DNA of 64,000 nucleotides from Camelus dromedarius (lineage: Eukaryota), in assembly GCF_036321535.1 (NCBI RefSeq), contig NC_087436.1, positions 22,508,001-22,572,000 on the forward strand, given 5' to 3'. The notes beneath the pieces are model-generated. The model ran no database searches and was not told the origin of the DNA. It saw only the letters and a program-made list of their open reading frames with translations. Positions 52,970 to 64,000 of this stretch are shown here, in pieces. The translations under genes and the position numbers were made by a program. Positions within the stretch are counted from its first letter, which is position 1, and every line of letters starts with the position of its first letter.

Positions 52970-55900
52970 TATGGACCCCTGCTTTTTATGCCATATTGAT
53001 TTCTGGTAAATTTTCCCATGAGTATGACACCCTATTTGTTACTCTGATTACTCTAATAGATGTTAGAACAGAATACATTTATTTGCCTTATACACCTTTT
53101 AATAAGGCTACTGTCAACAGGGCTCCAAACACCAGGAGAAGGAAAGCCTACAGTACTGACCTCCACCATGCTCTCCCTCCCAGGGTTTCAACTAAGCCAG
53201 CTGAACAAATGCTATAAACCGTCAGGGCATACCTTGAACATCCAGAGACTTCAGACATTTCTGTATGGACCTTTCCACTTGGCCCAGGTATGGCCTGACG
53301 TATTAGCAATTACACAGAGTCTGTCCTGGCTTGCAAGAAGGAAGTCTAGGGAAATTCCATCATCCATAATAATGCCGGTCAGTGAGTTGAGGCATACTTG
53401 AACCCCTTCCAGATCTGAAGTGGTGCCACTGATTACTTCAGCTAAAATCAAAGACAAATGTCACACAAGTTGAAATTGAATGATTCTCATCACAGGGATA
53501 AATAACTAGACAGCTTCCCCTTGGGAAACTCTCCCAAATAGCCAAGGATAAGCTCATTTTGGAGAGGTCTCTGCAGTTATCTGAGAAACACACGAACTAC
53601 CTGTAGTGTTTCCTTAAATACATGAATATAAGCATCCTAAGGTCCAAGTCATCATGTTTTCAGGAAGGAAGCAAGTTAATGCCTGGCAAGTTGGCACACA
53701 AAGTATCATTTCAGGGGCACATGTGCTATCTGGAAAGAAAATGTTGCTTATAAACTTAGGGGCCCTTCAAGTGGGACCTACATGAGTCAAGGAGGTTGAC
53801 AGTGCCTCCAGTGTGGTCTTCTAGCTGACTGGTAGGTTTTTAGGGTCCCCAGTTCGGTTCAAATAGCTGACTCTATTCTTTTTTTTGGAGGGACTCTCTG
53901 AGGACAGACAGTTCAATCTGTGCTGTTTGTCCATATGATCAGGTGGGCAACATTTGCCTGCTCTGCAGAATGACTGAGAAAGTTAGTGGGAAAGATATCC
54001 AGATGTGATGACTAGTGTTTTGCATGAGACAGAGAAGACCTGGGATCATTCCCTGCTCATTCTAGTATACTTTATAATAAGGTTAATGGGAATAGAAATC
54101 AAATGATGGTCAGGACCATCTGGAAAGGGTTGGCCAACTCTGCAGTCAGTTAGACTCAAGGCATTTGCAACACTTTGGTAGAACTGCAGTAGACCATTTC
54201 CCTTCATAGAAAAAGTTCCAAGAGTAGTTCTGAAAGACAAACATCATTAGTGACTTTACAAGAAAAAGTGGCAGCTACCACACTAGGATTTAAGACATTC
54301 CTTCCCCAGGTGCTGGGATTGTTACTCTCCCTCAATCATCATAAAATTGGTGTGTCTCATTCTGGTAGCTACAACTGCACTTTTTTCTCCCCAGTCATCT
54401 CTTACTCTCACTCATACTTTCCATACAGAAAGGTCAGGTGCTAGAGGAACGGGCATTTTTATAAATCTTAGAGATTTGTGCCCCATTTGGCCTGCATGGT
54501 CCACTGTAGGGGGACTCAGCTCACAGTGCACTCGGCCAAGGGGTTATTATCTTTAGGCTCTAAAAATATTGTCAGTTCAACAAGTGAATCCAAGAGCCTT
54601 AGATTCTCTTTCAGTTGGTTTACTGCTGCCTAAATGATATATCCCCAAGGCTGGCCTTGATTTACTGTAAGGAAAAAAAAAAAAAAAAAAAGCGTCATAT
54701 CCAGGAATGTTCAGAGCAGAATCCCCAAAATTCAAAATAAGTCCATAAACTCTCCCATCTCTTTTATCCTGATAATTATTCAGGAAGTGACCGAGATAAG
54801 ATTATCTCCTTCTGGGGACCAAACTGCCTACTAAGGTTTGTGGACAAGAAAGAGATAAGAGACATAGAGTCAGAAATAGTTTTGAATCTATTTTTAAGGA
54901 GCCATTCCAACACTCAAACATACCAGATGTCTCTGAATGGTGGGAAGTGTGGAAAGTCCACTGAATACCTTGATCATTACTCATTGTTGAGTGGCCTTTG
55001 TGATAAAAGGTGCATCTTCTCCCAATTGCAAATGGACCAGAGATTCAAAAACATAACATAGATTAGTTTCAAGGGACACAATAATGTGGCTAGAATTGGC
55101 TGATCAAACTGGAAGAATAACACTGTAACCTGAAAAACTATCAGCAGCAGCGAGGCACTACTGATAGCCCTGAAAGGGTTCAAAGATCTAACATAGTCAG
55201 TCTTCTAGGAATAGCAGCGGCAATGCCCTGTGGGACGTGGTCTTCTCCACTGCAAGACAAATGGGTCAACTTTTGATAGAAGTCTGATAGTGATGCTCTC
55301 TGAATCAAAAACAAGGACACCTTTACTTTACTTTGCGCCAAGTCTCTGATGGTAAATGTGTTGGTAGGTCTGGTACAATGGTGAATCAGGCAGCAATGGT
55401 GGCATCTAGGTGGAGAAGTCCCCACTGGTACCTTGATTCCATGCAGTCTCATCAGAAAACAGGCCCTTACCATGGGCATCTACATGTGTGACTCAGACAG
55501 TATCATCATGAATCATGATTATATTTCTATAGTTCCTGGCTCTGAAGAGGTATGTCTTTAATCTGCCATGTAGCTTTTCAAGTGGTAGACCAAACAGCCA
55601 GACTATTGACAAAGGTCAAAGAGTCAGGAAAAGCACAGCAGGGTTCACTGAGGGCCGTAACAGAGATACGTGAAATGCCTTGGGTCCTCAGCTAAGTGGA
55701 CTAACCATGTCTATTTTTGATCCTGCACAGCTGGGACTCAGGCTGAACTGAGGCTGCAATCCAGTAGACACTATCAAGTTTCAGCCTGGTTAAGTTATAA
55801 GTGAACAAGGCCCACGCATTTAAGTGAATCTCCTTGAATCAAGAAAATCCAGTGGCATTGCTTTAGGCAGCAGACTGGGGGAGGAAGTTTCTCCTAGTGT

Positions 55901-56520
55901 GGTAGCTGCCACTTTTTCTTGTAAAGTCAAGAAACCACTGGAGCCAGGCCAGTTGCATTTTTGAATATACCATTTTCATTTTAAAAGCAAAGCTTTATGT
56001 ACCCTTCCCACCTTGTTAGCTATGGAGTCTGAGTTGAAATACCCCAAAATGGAAATATTAGGCCAGAGAGACACAGGGCTCCTGGGGTTGGGAGTTGAGA
56101 AGAACCCTAAAAGAAGTTAGTAGCTAGATGTGACTGGAAAGTGATGAATCCAAAATGCCAGGTGTACCCCGCCCCCCACCCAGTAGCAGCTCCCTTTGCC
56201 AGAGTGTTCAATTGGTGGAACTATCAGTCCTCGAGACCTACAGCTCAAATGAGTCATTAGAGTTGTGAGTCCCCAAGGATATTAGCACTTTCTTTACATC
56301 TAGCTTTTCCTTTGTCACTTATGGGATTAGTAAGTATATGCCTATGACACATCTAATCATACTACACATTTAGATGTAGAAGCAATAACAGAAGTACATT
56401 GAATTGGTCTAAAAGGCTCCACCCACAATGTCCTCTTAATTTTCCTTACCCATTGTACACCCCGTTCAAATTCCTCATCTGAATTTGGGTGCCTCCTAAA
56501 CTCCAAAAGACTCGGTAGGA
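52970..56520 (-). mobile_element. Decayed ERV internal region: protease, RT tether, RNase H, integrase and env remnants
   Basis: env TM ISD-like LNSLTGIIMDDGISLDFLLASQDRLCVIANTSGHTW (53251-53457); integrase QGIQWTFH...GMFECWNGSLK (54802-54984); ERVL-like tether KWYIQKCNWPGSSGFLTLQEKVAA (~55900-55980); protease C-term TLWVEPFRPIQCTSVIAS (~56340-56450). Confidence 0.85.
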
Positions 56521-57234
56521 TGGTGAGTTGAATGCCAATATCCTACATGGAGTAAAAAAAAGTTCCAAAAATTCCTTTTTCCTTAAGACCACAGAAAAAG
56601 ACGAGCAAACTAAACCTAAAGAGAGCAGAAGGCAGGGGAAAATGAAAGATTAGAGCATAAATTAATGAAACAGAGAATAGAAAAATAATAGAAAAATTAA
56701 CAAAACCAGAAGTTGGGTCTTTGAAAAGATCAACAAAATTGGTCACTTCTCCTCACTTTGTATATAATTTGCTCTTCTTTTTCTATCTTCTTAAACTTGC
56801 AGCATAAATCATGGATTTAACAACACTTTCCTTGTGTATTATAGCCACACAAAGGTATAATTTTATTCTAAGGACTCCTTTGTGTTGTAACCCACATATT
56901 CTGATATGCTTTATTTTAATTATCTAGTCATTTAAACTACATTCTAATTTCCTTTGTGATTTCTTCTTTGACCCATGGGTTATTTAGTTGTATAATTTCC
57001 TAATGGCTTGAGATTACACTTTTAATTAATACTTATTATTAACTAATTTAACATTATATCAGTGAACATATTGTGCATCATTTCAATACTTTTAAATGTA
57101 TTGATATAGGCTTTATAATTCAGCATATAATCTGCTATTTGTTCACAATAGACCCATCAAAAGATATCTTGATCTTGATATTTTTACTATTTCCGCTTGA
57201 CTTTTGTAATCCATCTCTCCATTAAATTCCCTGT

Positions 57235-57712
57235 CTGGAGTGGGCAGAATAATGCCCCCTCCCCTAAAAGACTTCCATGTCCTAGTTCCTAGCACCTGTA
57301 AATGGTGTGTCTCATGGCAAAGAGGAATTAAAGTTTCATATAGGATTAAGATTGCTAAACATCTGACTTTGGGAGGATGAGATTATCCTGGGTTACCCAG
57401 GTAGGCACAATGTAATCATAAGGTTCTAATAAGTGAAAGAGGGAGGGACAGGATTTGAAGATGCTATGATGTGTTGGCTTTGATGATGCAAGAAGGGGCC
57501 ATGAGCTGGGGAAGGAAGGCAGCCTTTGGCAGCTGGAAAAAGCAAGAAAACATATTCTCCCCTAAATGGAAGGCAGCCCTGATGATACCTAATTTTAGCC
57601 CACAATCCCAATTTCAATGTTCTGACCTCCAGAACTTGAAGATAATAAATTTATGCTTTTAAGCCACTAAGTTCATGGTAATTTGATACAACAGCAACAG
57701 GAAATTAATGCA
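57235..57712 (+). mobile_element. MLT1D-like MaLR LTR
   Basis: 'gggcagaataatgccccctccc...gagattatcctgggttacccaggtagg...tctgacctccagaact...aacagcaacaggaaattaatgca'. Confidence 0.88.
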
Positions 57713-57749
57713 CCATCAGTCTAACAGGCTAGCCAACCCTCTCCACTAA

Positions 57750-58860
57750 CTTTCTTAAAATATTTTTCACTTATCTTTTAATGTCCCTGTCTGATAACTC
57801 CAATAGTTGGGTCATCTCTGGCTCTGGTTCTAGTGGCTATTACTTCTCAATAATTGGTCATTAATTCTTGCTTTCTGCATGTCTCAATTATTTTTAATTG
57901 AATGCTGGAACTCACAAGTAAATTAACAGCAGAGACTGAGTAACCAATATCTATTTCTAGAAAAGGAAGCCTCTTCTTTGTCAGGCTGCTAAGGTGGGTT
58001 TGAGCTGAGCCTAGGTTTCATTGTTGTTTTTATTAGACTCTGTTCACCACAGGCTTCAAATTATTTGATGGTTGGATCAGAGCCCTGTTATTAGGAGAGA
58101 TTGGGTCTGAATGCCTGGAGGGTTTCTGTCAGTTCTCTTGTGCTCTGCTCTCTGCCTTCAGAAGACCCCATAAAAATGCACCTAGGGAGGGGTCTTTCTC
58201 AGTTTTCCAAATCTGCCTAGAACGATGGAAGCCACTACCTTGAATTTAGCATGAAGTCTGGCCTGACTATAGGGTTTCTTTCCTTGTCTTTGCCTTGCCT
58301 CCAGACGTCAACAGAACTCACATGCCTGGACCTCAGGAAAGAGGAAGGGGTCTCTTCCAGCTCTCTTGCTCTTCCACTGGCAACGGACAGCCTCTGCTTC
58401 CTACTAAGTCTAATGCCCACAATACCCATAGGGCCTACCTCGGCCCTCTGGCTCTGCCCTTCCTCTCTTCACAACCATTCAGTGAAGGCCCATGGAAAAG
58501 AGCTCACAGGCGAGTACAGACTTCTTTTGTAATTGGAGTTTCTAGTCATTTGAAATTGCCACCTAGCCCACAGCTGGACTTTAAACACTCATTGAAAAGT
58601 TTGTTTTGTTATTACCTGTATCTGTGGGCACTTCCTCCTCTTCTCTCTCCCCTGCCAAAGATGGAATTAGCCATACGTGTCTTCTTTCCTAGGAGGGGTT
58701 GGTTTCTTTCACATTTGGTTCATTGAGTTGCTTTGTGATCTTAGCTCTCAGATGGGCTTAAACAATAAAGCTGTGATTTTTGTTGGTTATCCAGCTCCTT
58801 CTCATTCTCATGGCGGGAATGCAACTTTCTACATCCTAAGTAAAAGCAGAAAAGTTACAC
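57750..58860 (-). mobile_element. Ancient L1 5' region remnant
   Basis: 'tgtctgataactccaatagttgggtcatctctggctctggttct'; ends 'ttctacatcctaagtaaaagcagaaaagt'. Confidence 0.6.
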
Positions 58861-58874
58861 TTAAAATTATTTAA

Positions 58875-59202
58875 AAAAAAATTTTTTTATTGAGTTATAG
58901 TCATTTTACAATGTTGTGTCAAATTCCAGTGTAGAGCACAATTTTTCAGTTATACATGAACATATATATATTCATTGTCACATTTTTTTTCTCACTGTGA
59001 GCTACCACAAGATCTTGTATATATTTCCCTGTGTTATACAGTGTAATCTTGTTTACCTATTCTGCATATGCCTGTCAGTGTCTACAAATTTTGAAATCCC
59101 AGTCTGTCCCTTCCCACCCCACCCCCTTGGCAAACACAAGTTTGTATTCTATGTCTATGAGTCTGTCTCTGTTTTGTATATATGTTCCTTTTTTTTTTTT
59201 TT
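58875..59202 (-). mobile_element. Young L1 3' UTR fragment, camelid-type
   Basis: Near-identical to 62245-62540, with an extra ~22-bp segment. Confidence 0.92.
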
Positions 59203-59204
59203 TG

Positions 59205-59700
59205 GATAGTATTTGACACTTTTGATCATTCCTTTGAAACACTTTCTTCCCTTGACTTAGCAGAACTCCACAGTCTCTTGGTTTTTTCCTCCTACCACCC
59301 TCCTTCTGTCTCCTCTGCTGCTCCCTCCTCTGCTTCTTGACCTTTTAATTTTGGTTTGGACTCAGTTTTGAACCTCTTCTATTTTGTGTCTACAGTCCCT
59401 TCCTGATGACTTCCTCCAGTCTCAGGGCTTTAAATATTATCTCTGTATCAATGACTCCAAATTTATAGCTGTAATCTGGACCTAAGTGCTGATCTCTGGA
59501 CACCTGTATTCAATTACCTTTCCAGAATCTCCACTTACTTTTCTAAATGAAAATATCTATCTATTATGCTAAAAACTGAGCTCTTGGTATTTTCCAGTAT
59601 TTCACAAAATGTCAACTCTATCCTTCCAGTTACCCAGACCCAATGCTTTGGAATAACTCTCAACTTTTCTCCCTCACAAGGTACATACAATCAGTCAGTA
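59205..59700 (+). mobile_element. L2 remnant
   Basis: 'atttgacacttttgatcattcc-tttgaaacactttcttcccttgactt', 'atgactccaaatttatagct'. Confidence 0.7.
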
Positions 59701-62193
59701 AAATTTAACTCATGCATTTTGATCATCACATTTGCTATCAATATTCAGAATTAATCAGTATCAATGGCCAACCATAATATTGACAAGACTTTCAGAATAT
59801 TTTTGCTTTTTCCCGCCCTCTTTATCTTTGCCGAGTCCCATGGTTTGTTGAAACCACTGGAAAGTCTCCACATCTCTACTTGTTTTTCAGGCATCATCGC
59901 TTAACAGTTTCCTGAAAATTTATAGTTATGTTGTCAACTACTATTCAGGCTTCACTCCAAATTTTACTGATTTCCTTCTTCTGCCTTCTTAAATATTTTA
60001 TTTCCCTTTGGCCTAGATCCAACTTTATTAAGCCATACTTTCAAAAATGTTTTTTAAGATAGTAAAATCTCTTTGTTTATTCACCCTTTTTCAATATCAT
60101 TTGAACTATTTATTATATAATTTAAGATTTATAATTATTTTCCTTAGAGAATCTTAAAATATTCTTAAAGACAAAAAAGGATACAATGCTAAGTCACATC
60201 CAAAGAATGTGCTTAATGCTAGAGTCTTTTCTAAGACAGTACAAATAAATATTGAGCTCTCATGCCGTTTTTACCATCTCCATACCATTTAACAAAATAA
60301 CATTTTGTCAATAAACATTTATTTAAATCTTTCTATGTGCCAGATACATTGCACAGCACCAGAGAATCCAAGACAAACAGATAACACCTGCCCTCAGTTT
60401 GTTTGGAAGTAAAAGGATGATTACAATATAAAGTGTGCATGTGTGTGTGTGTGTAGAGATAAACTCAGGATGCAGTGCTTACAAGCATAAGATATGGCAA
60501 AACCAGACTGGCGCAACTTTCTACATGTGTGGCTCCTTAGCTAAGTCTTGATAGAAATAATACTCAGTTTAGCAAAAGAAAAGATGGGAATGTTTGTCCC
60601 AAGAAATGGGAGCTGTAAGTCAAAGACCCAGAAGCTAAACAGAACCTAACAGGGCCTGTGAACTTCAAGTACTGTATTTCATGTAATATATGGCGCATAC
60701 TGTAGAGCATAAAGGAATTTCAGATTCATATGCGCTTGGAGGCTCATCATTGTAAGATGGCCAAGTCTCATATATATATGATATACTGTGAGTATTAAGA
60801 TATAATACATGAAGGTGTGCCCTGCCAGAAGTAATTCAAAGAAGTTATTCTGAAATACTGATATCGCTAAAAATAACAACACTAAGAGGCACTGTGAGCC
60901 GAATTTAGCAACAGGCCTCCAGTTTGAAGTCCCTGATTTAGAGAGTAAAAACTGTGAAACATTGGATCATGGCTTAACCATGTGACCCAGAGTGGAATAT
61001 TAGACTTCTCTGACAGTGTCCTCATCCAGTGTCACTTCCAGCTGTGACATTCTAACAACGAAGTTATAAAAATACTAAAAACCTCAACGTGAAGTTACAT
61101 TATGTTGTTGAGGTTACAGGCCCTCCCAAAACCAGTAAACAGAAAGGTCAAAACGCAAAGCACATTCATCTCATTTTCTTTAACGTTTTGATGGCTTTTA
61201 TTTTATTTTACCTGTTACTATATTATTTTTATGCCACAGTCTCTCCTACTAAAATGTAAGCCTCCTAAGGGCAGAAATAAGTTTTCTTTTTCCATCTTGA
61301 AATGTCCCACAGCATCTCATCAATGTCTTACAAGTACTAGGTCATCACAAATAAAAGGTCAAAGGAAAATTTAAAATTTAAATAGGGAAACAGTTAATTT
61401 TTGAAGACAGAACTGAACGCATCTTTAAGCTTAGGAAAATAGTTTTAGAAAGCAATCTTTAATTAATAAAACCAAATCGTAACAAAGGCAAGTAACAAAG
61501 CCAACAAACAAGAAATAAGAAAGGCCAAAAACCGTTTCCTCCTGTGACCCTAGGTGAAGCATCTTGAAATGGCAAGAAACTATTTTCCTTTCTCGTAAAG
61601 GATGTTGACAGTTTCTGTCCCACAGTTCTGATATACATGCACCATCTACTTTCTCTCAATTATGTTACCTTTTGCCAAATGAAATAGTGCTATTTTAGCA
61701 GGAGTATATTCATATTGCCTGAGGCACAGCTATTCCTGAGCAGTTTCCAGCAGAGCTTTCTCTGTAGTCCCACAATGCTTTGCTCATTCCGTTATTATAG
61801 GACTAATTATGTACAATTGTGGTTAGCTCTTTACACATCTATTCCTGTCCTGAGGCTAGAAACTCCTCCAGGGCAGAAATGTTATCTTATTCATCTTCAC
61901 AGCTAAGGTGGAAACAAGAGCTTGGCATATATTTCACGTAGTGGTAGTCATAAAAAATACGTGTGAAACTTTCCTATCAGGTTAAACTGTAGACTGTGCA
62001 GCTCCGTGGGTCCCAACCTAATGGAGCAATAGGGGTCATTTCTTCTAAGCGAGAGGCAGTAGCAGCTTGAACAATAAAGTCATTCCTCAGCTTTGACTTT
62101 TAAATAAGATTTTTGCGCCCCAAGCAAGACAATAGTCTTTAAAGACTCTGGTCAGACCACAGAAAGCGATTTCAAACTCCTTCCATTCTTCTT

Positions 62194-62975
62194 CTTCTTT
62201 TTTTTTCCCCTACAAATATGTTTTTCTAATTTTTTAAAACATTTTTTACTGAGTTATAGTCATTTTACAATGTTGTGTCAAATTCCAGTGAAGAGCACAA
62301 TTTTTCAGTTATACACGAATATACATATATTCATTGTCACACTTTTTTTCTTGCTATGAGCTACCACAAGATCTTGTATATATTTCCCTGTGCTATACAG
62401 TATAATCTGGTTTATCTATTCTACATTTTGAAATCCCAGTCTGTCCCCTCCCACGCCCTGCCCCCTTGGCAACCACAAGTTTGTGTTCTATGTCTATGAG
62501 TCTGTTTCTGTTGTGTATTTATGTATGTTTTGTTTTGTTTTGTTTTTTAGATTCCACAAATGAGTGATCTCATATGGTATTTTTCTTTCTCTTTCTGGCT
62601 TACTTCACTTAGAATGACATTCTCCAGGAACATCCATGTTGCTGCAAATGGCGTTATGTTGTTGGTTTTTATGGCTGAATAGTATTCCATTGTATCCATA
62701 GACCACATCTTCTTTATCCAGTCATCTATTGATGGACATTTAGGCTGTTTCCATGTCTTGGCTATTGTGAATAGTGCTGCTATGAACATTGGGGTGCAGG
62801 TGTCATTTTGGAGTAGGGTTCCTTCTGGATATATGCCCAGGAATGGGATTCCTGGGTCATATGGTAAGTCTATTCCTAGTCTTTTGAGGAATCTCCATAC
62901 TATTTTCCACAGTGGCTGCACCAAACTGCACTCCCACCAGCAGTGTAGGAGGGTTCCCTTTTCTCCACAGCCTCT
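62194..62975 (-). mobile_element. Young 5'-truncated L1 (ORF2 C-terminus + 3' UTR), camelid-type
   Basis: ORF2 C-terminus [23 protein letters not shown]...YHMRSLICGI (62547-62924); perfect 14-bp TSD CTTCCATTCTTCTT at 62180-62193 and 62976-62989; TT|AAGA target on the minus strand. Confidence 0.96.
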
Positions 62976-63184
62976 CTTCCATTCTTCTTAATACACAGCG
63001 AAGTCGATGTTCACACTCTTTAACTATCAGGCAAAGTAGATTACCGTCCCAACCAACAACGGATTGCAACCCAATGAGGCTCTGAGCAAGAGCAGCTCCA
63101 CTTAGGCTTGAAGTATTTCCTGGATTTTTCTTATTTGAACACTCTGTTTTCATTATAGTAATTATACGGCAAGACTCCCACATT

Positions 63185-63767
63185 CCTTTTTATTGCTGTG
63201 TAACAATGTACCATAAAGTTAGCAGCATAAAACAGCTCAACTTCATTATCTCACAGTTTCAGCGAGTTAGGAGTTTGCACAAATACCCCCTCTGCTCAGG
63301 CTCTCCCATGGCTAAAAGCAAGGTGTTGGCTGGGTCCAACTCTTGTCTGGAGTTCTCTGGGGAAAAATCCACTTCCAAGTTCATTCAGGTTGTTGGCAGA
63401 ATCTAGTTCTTGTTGGCTGTTAACCCAGGGGCCCTTCTCAGCTCCTAGGGGCAGCCTGCCATTCCCTGCCATGTCACTCTTTCCAAAATTGGCAGTCACT
63501 TCTTTAAGGTCAGCAGGGGAATGTCTCTGCTATTTCAGATCTCTGACTCTCCCAGTCCCTGACCTCTAGACTGAGACTTAAAGGGCTCATGTAAGTTTAG
63601 AAAAGGCCCATGTGGATAATCTCTTTCTCCAAGTCAACTGTGCCATCTAATGTAACTTCATCACAGGAGTAAAATTCATCATATTTACAGCCCAGACAAT
63701 TATGCAGGTGTGTACATACACGGCAGGGATCTTGGGGCAGGGGGCATTTAGAATTCTGCCCACCACA
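63185..63767 (-). mobile_element. MLT1E-like MaLR LTR
   Basis: 'tattgctgtgtaacaatgtaccataaagttagcagcataaaaca...ggggcatttagaattctgcccaccaca'. Confidence 0.85.
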
Positions 63768-64000
63768 ATCTCTAAGGCTAAAACATCTTTACACGTATAT
63801 GACTTCATTTATATTTGTAAAACTTCAAGGGAAGCTAGGAAAGCAATTATCTAGAATTACTTAGAATATTCACTATTGTGGGAAGCAGGCTCTTCTAGCC
63901 ATGAAATAAAGGGCAGGGGACCAGAGTAGGGTCCAATAGTGTTTGTCAAGCAAAGAATTAGCAAAATGATACAGGCGTTGAAGTATTATTACCCACATTT

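Noticed and set aside
53251..53457. Possible domesticated env (syncytin-like) gene
   Set aside because: Only ~68 codons are open, the CX6CC motif is degraded and the surrounding env sequence is broken by stops
1..64000. Prokaryotic-style systems (CRISPR arrays, operons, defence islands) and tRNA/rRNA/snoRNA genes
   Set aside because: The sequence is mammalian intron/intergenic DNA. I saw no regularly spaced repeat-spacer array and no RNA-gene signature.

Overview
Eukaryotic (mammalian) genomic DNA, most likely camelid: four young L1 3' ends resemble the alpaca/camel L1 family, and I saw no Alu, B1, Bov-tA/BovB or PRE-1 SINEs. The window appears to hold the 5' end of a minus-strand gene that I cannot name. 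Its parts are a CpG-island promoter and first exon (~32.2-32.5 kb), a 69-nt exon (31169-31237), a 121-nt exon (9504-9624) and a probable alternative TATA promoter/first exon ~14.5 kb upstream (~46.4-47.0 kb). That upstream exon would splice in frame onto the 121-nt exon. The rest is intron or intergenic DNA dominated by L1, L2, MIR, MaLR, ERV LTRs, hAT/Tigger elements, microsatellites and a decayed class III ERV with a gamma-type env remnant. No complete CDS, RNA gene or CRISPR array is present, and I found no convincing novel biological system. The most unusual observations are small structural ones: mirrored GC-box/TATA modules at both ends of the island, a perfect 38-bp inverted copy inside the old ERV, a dispersed 27-bp duplication carrying a C/EBP-type site, and a probable short L1 3' transduction. 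Repeat family names come from recall of consensus sequences, and repeat boundaries are approximate unless a TSD is given.
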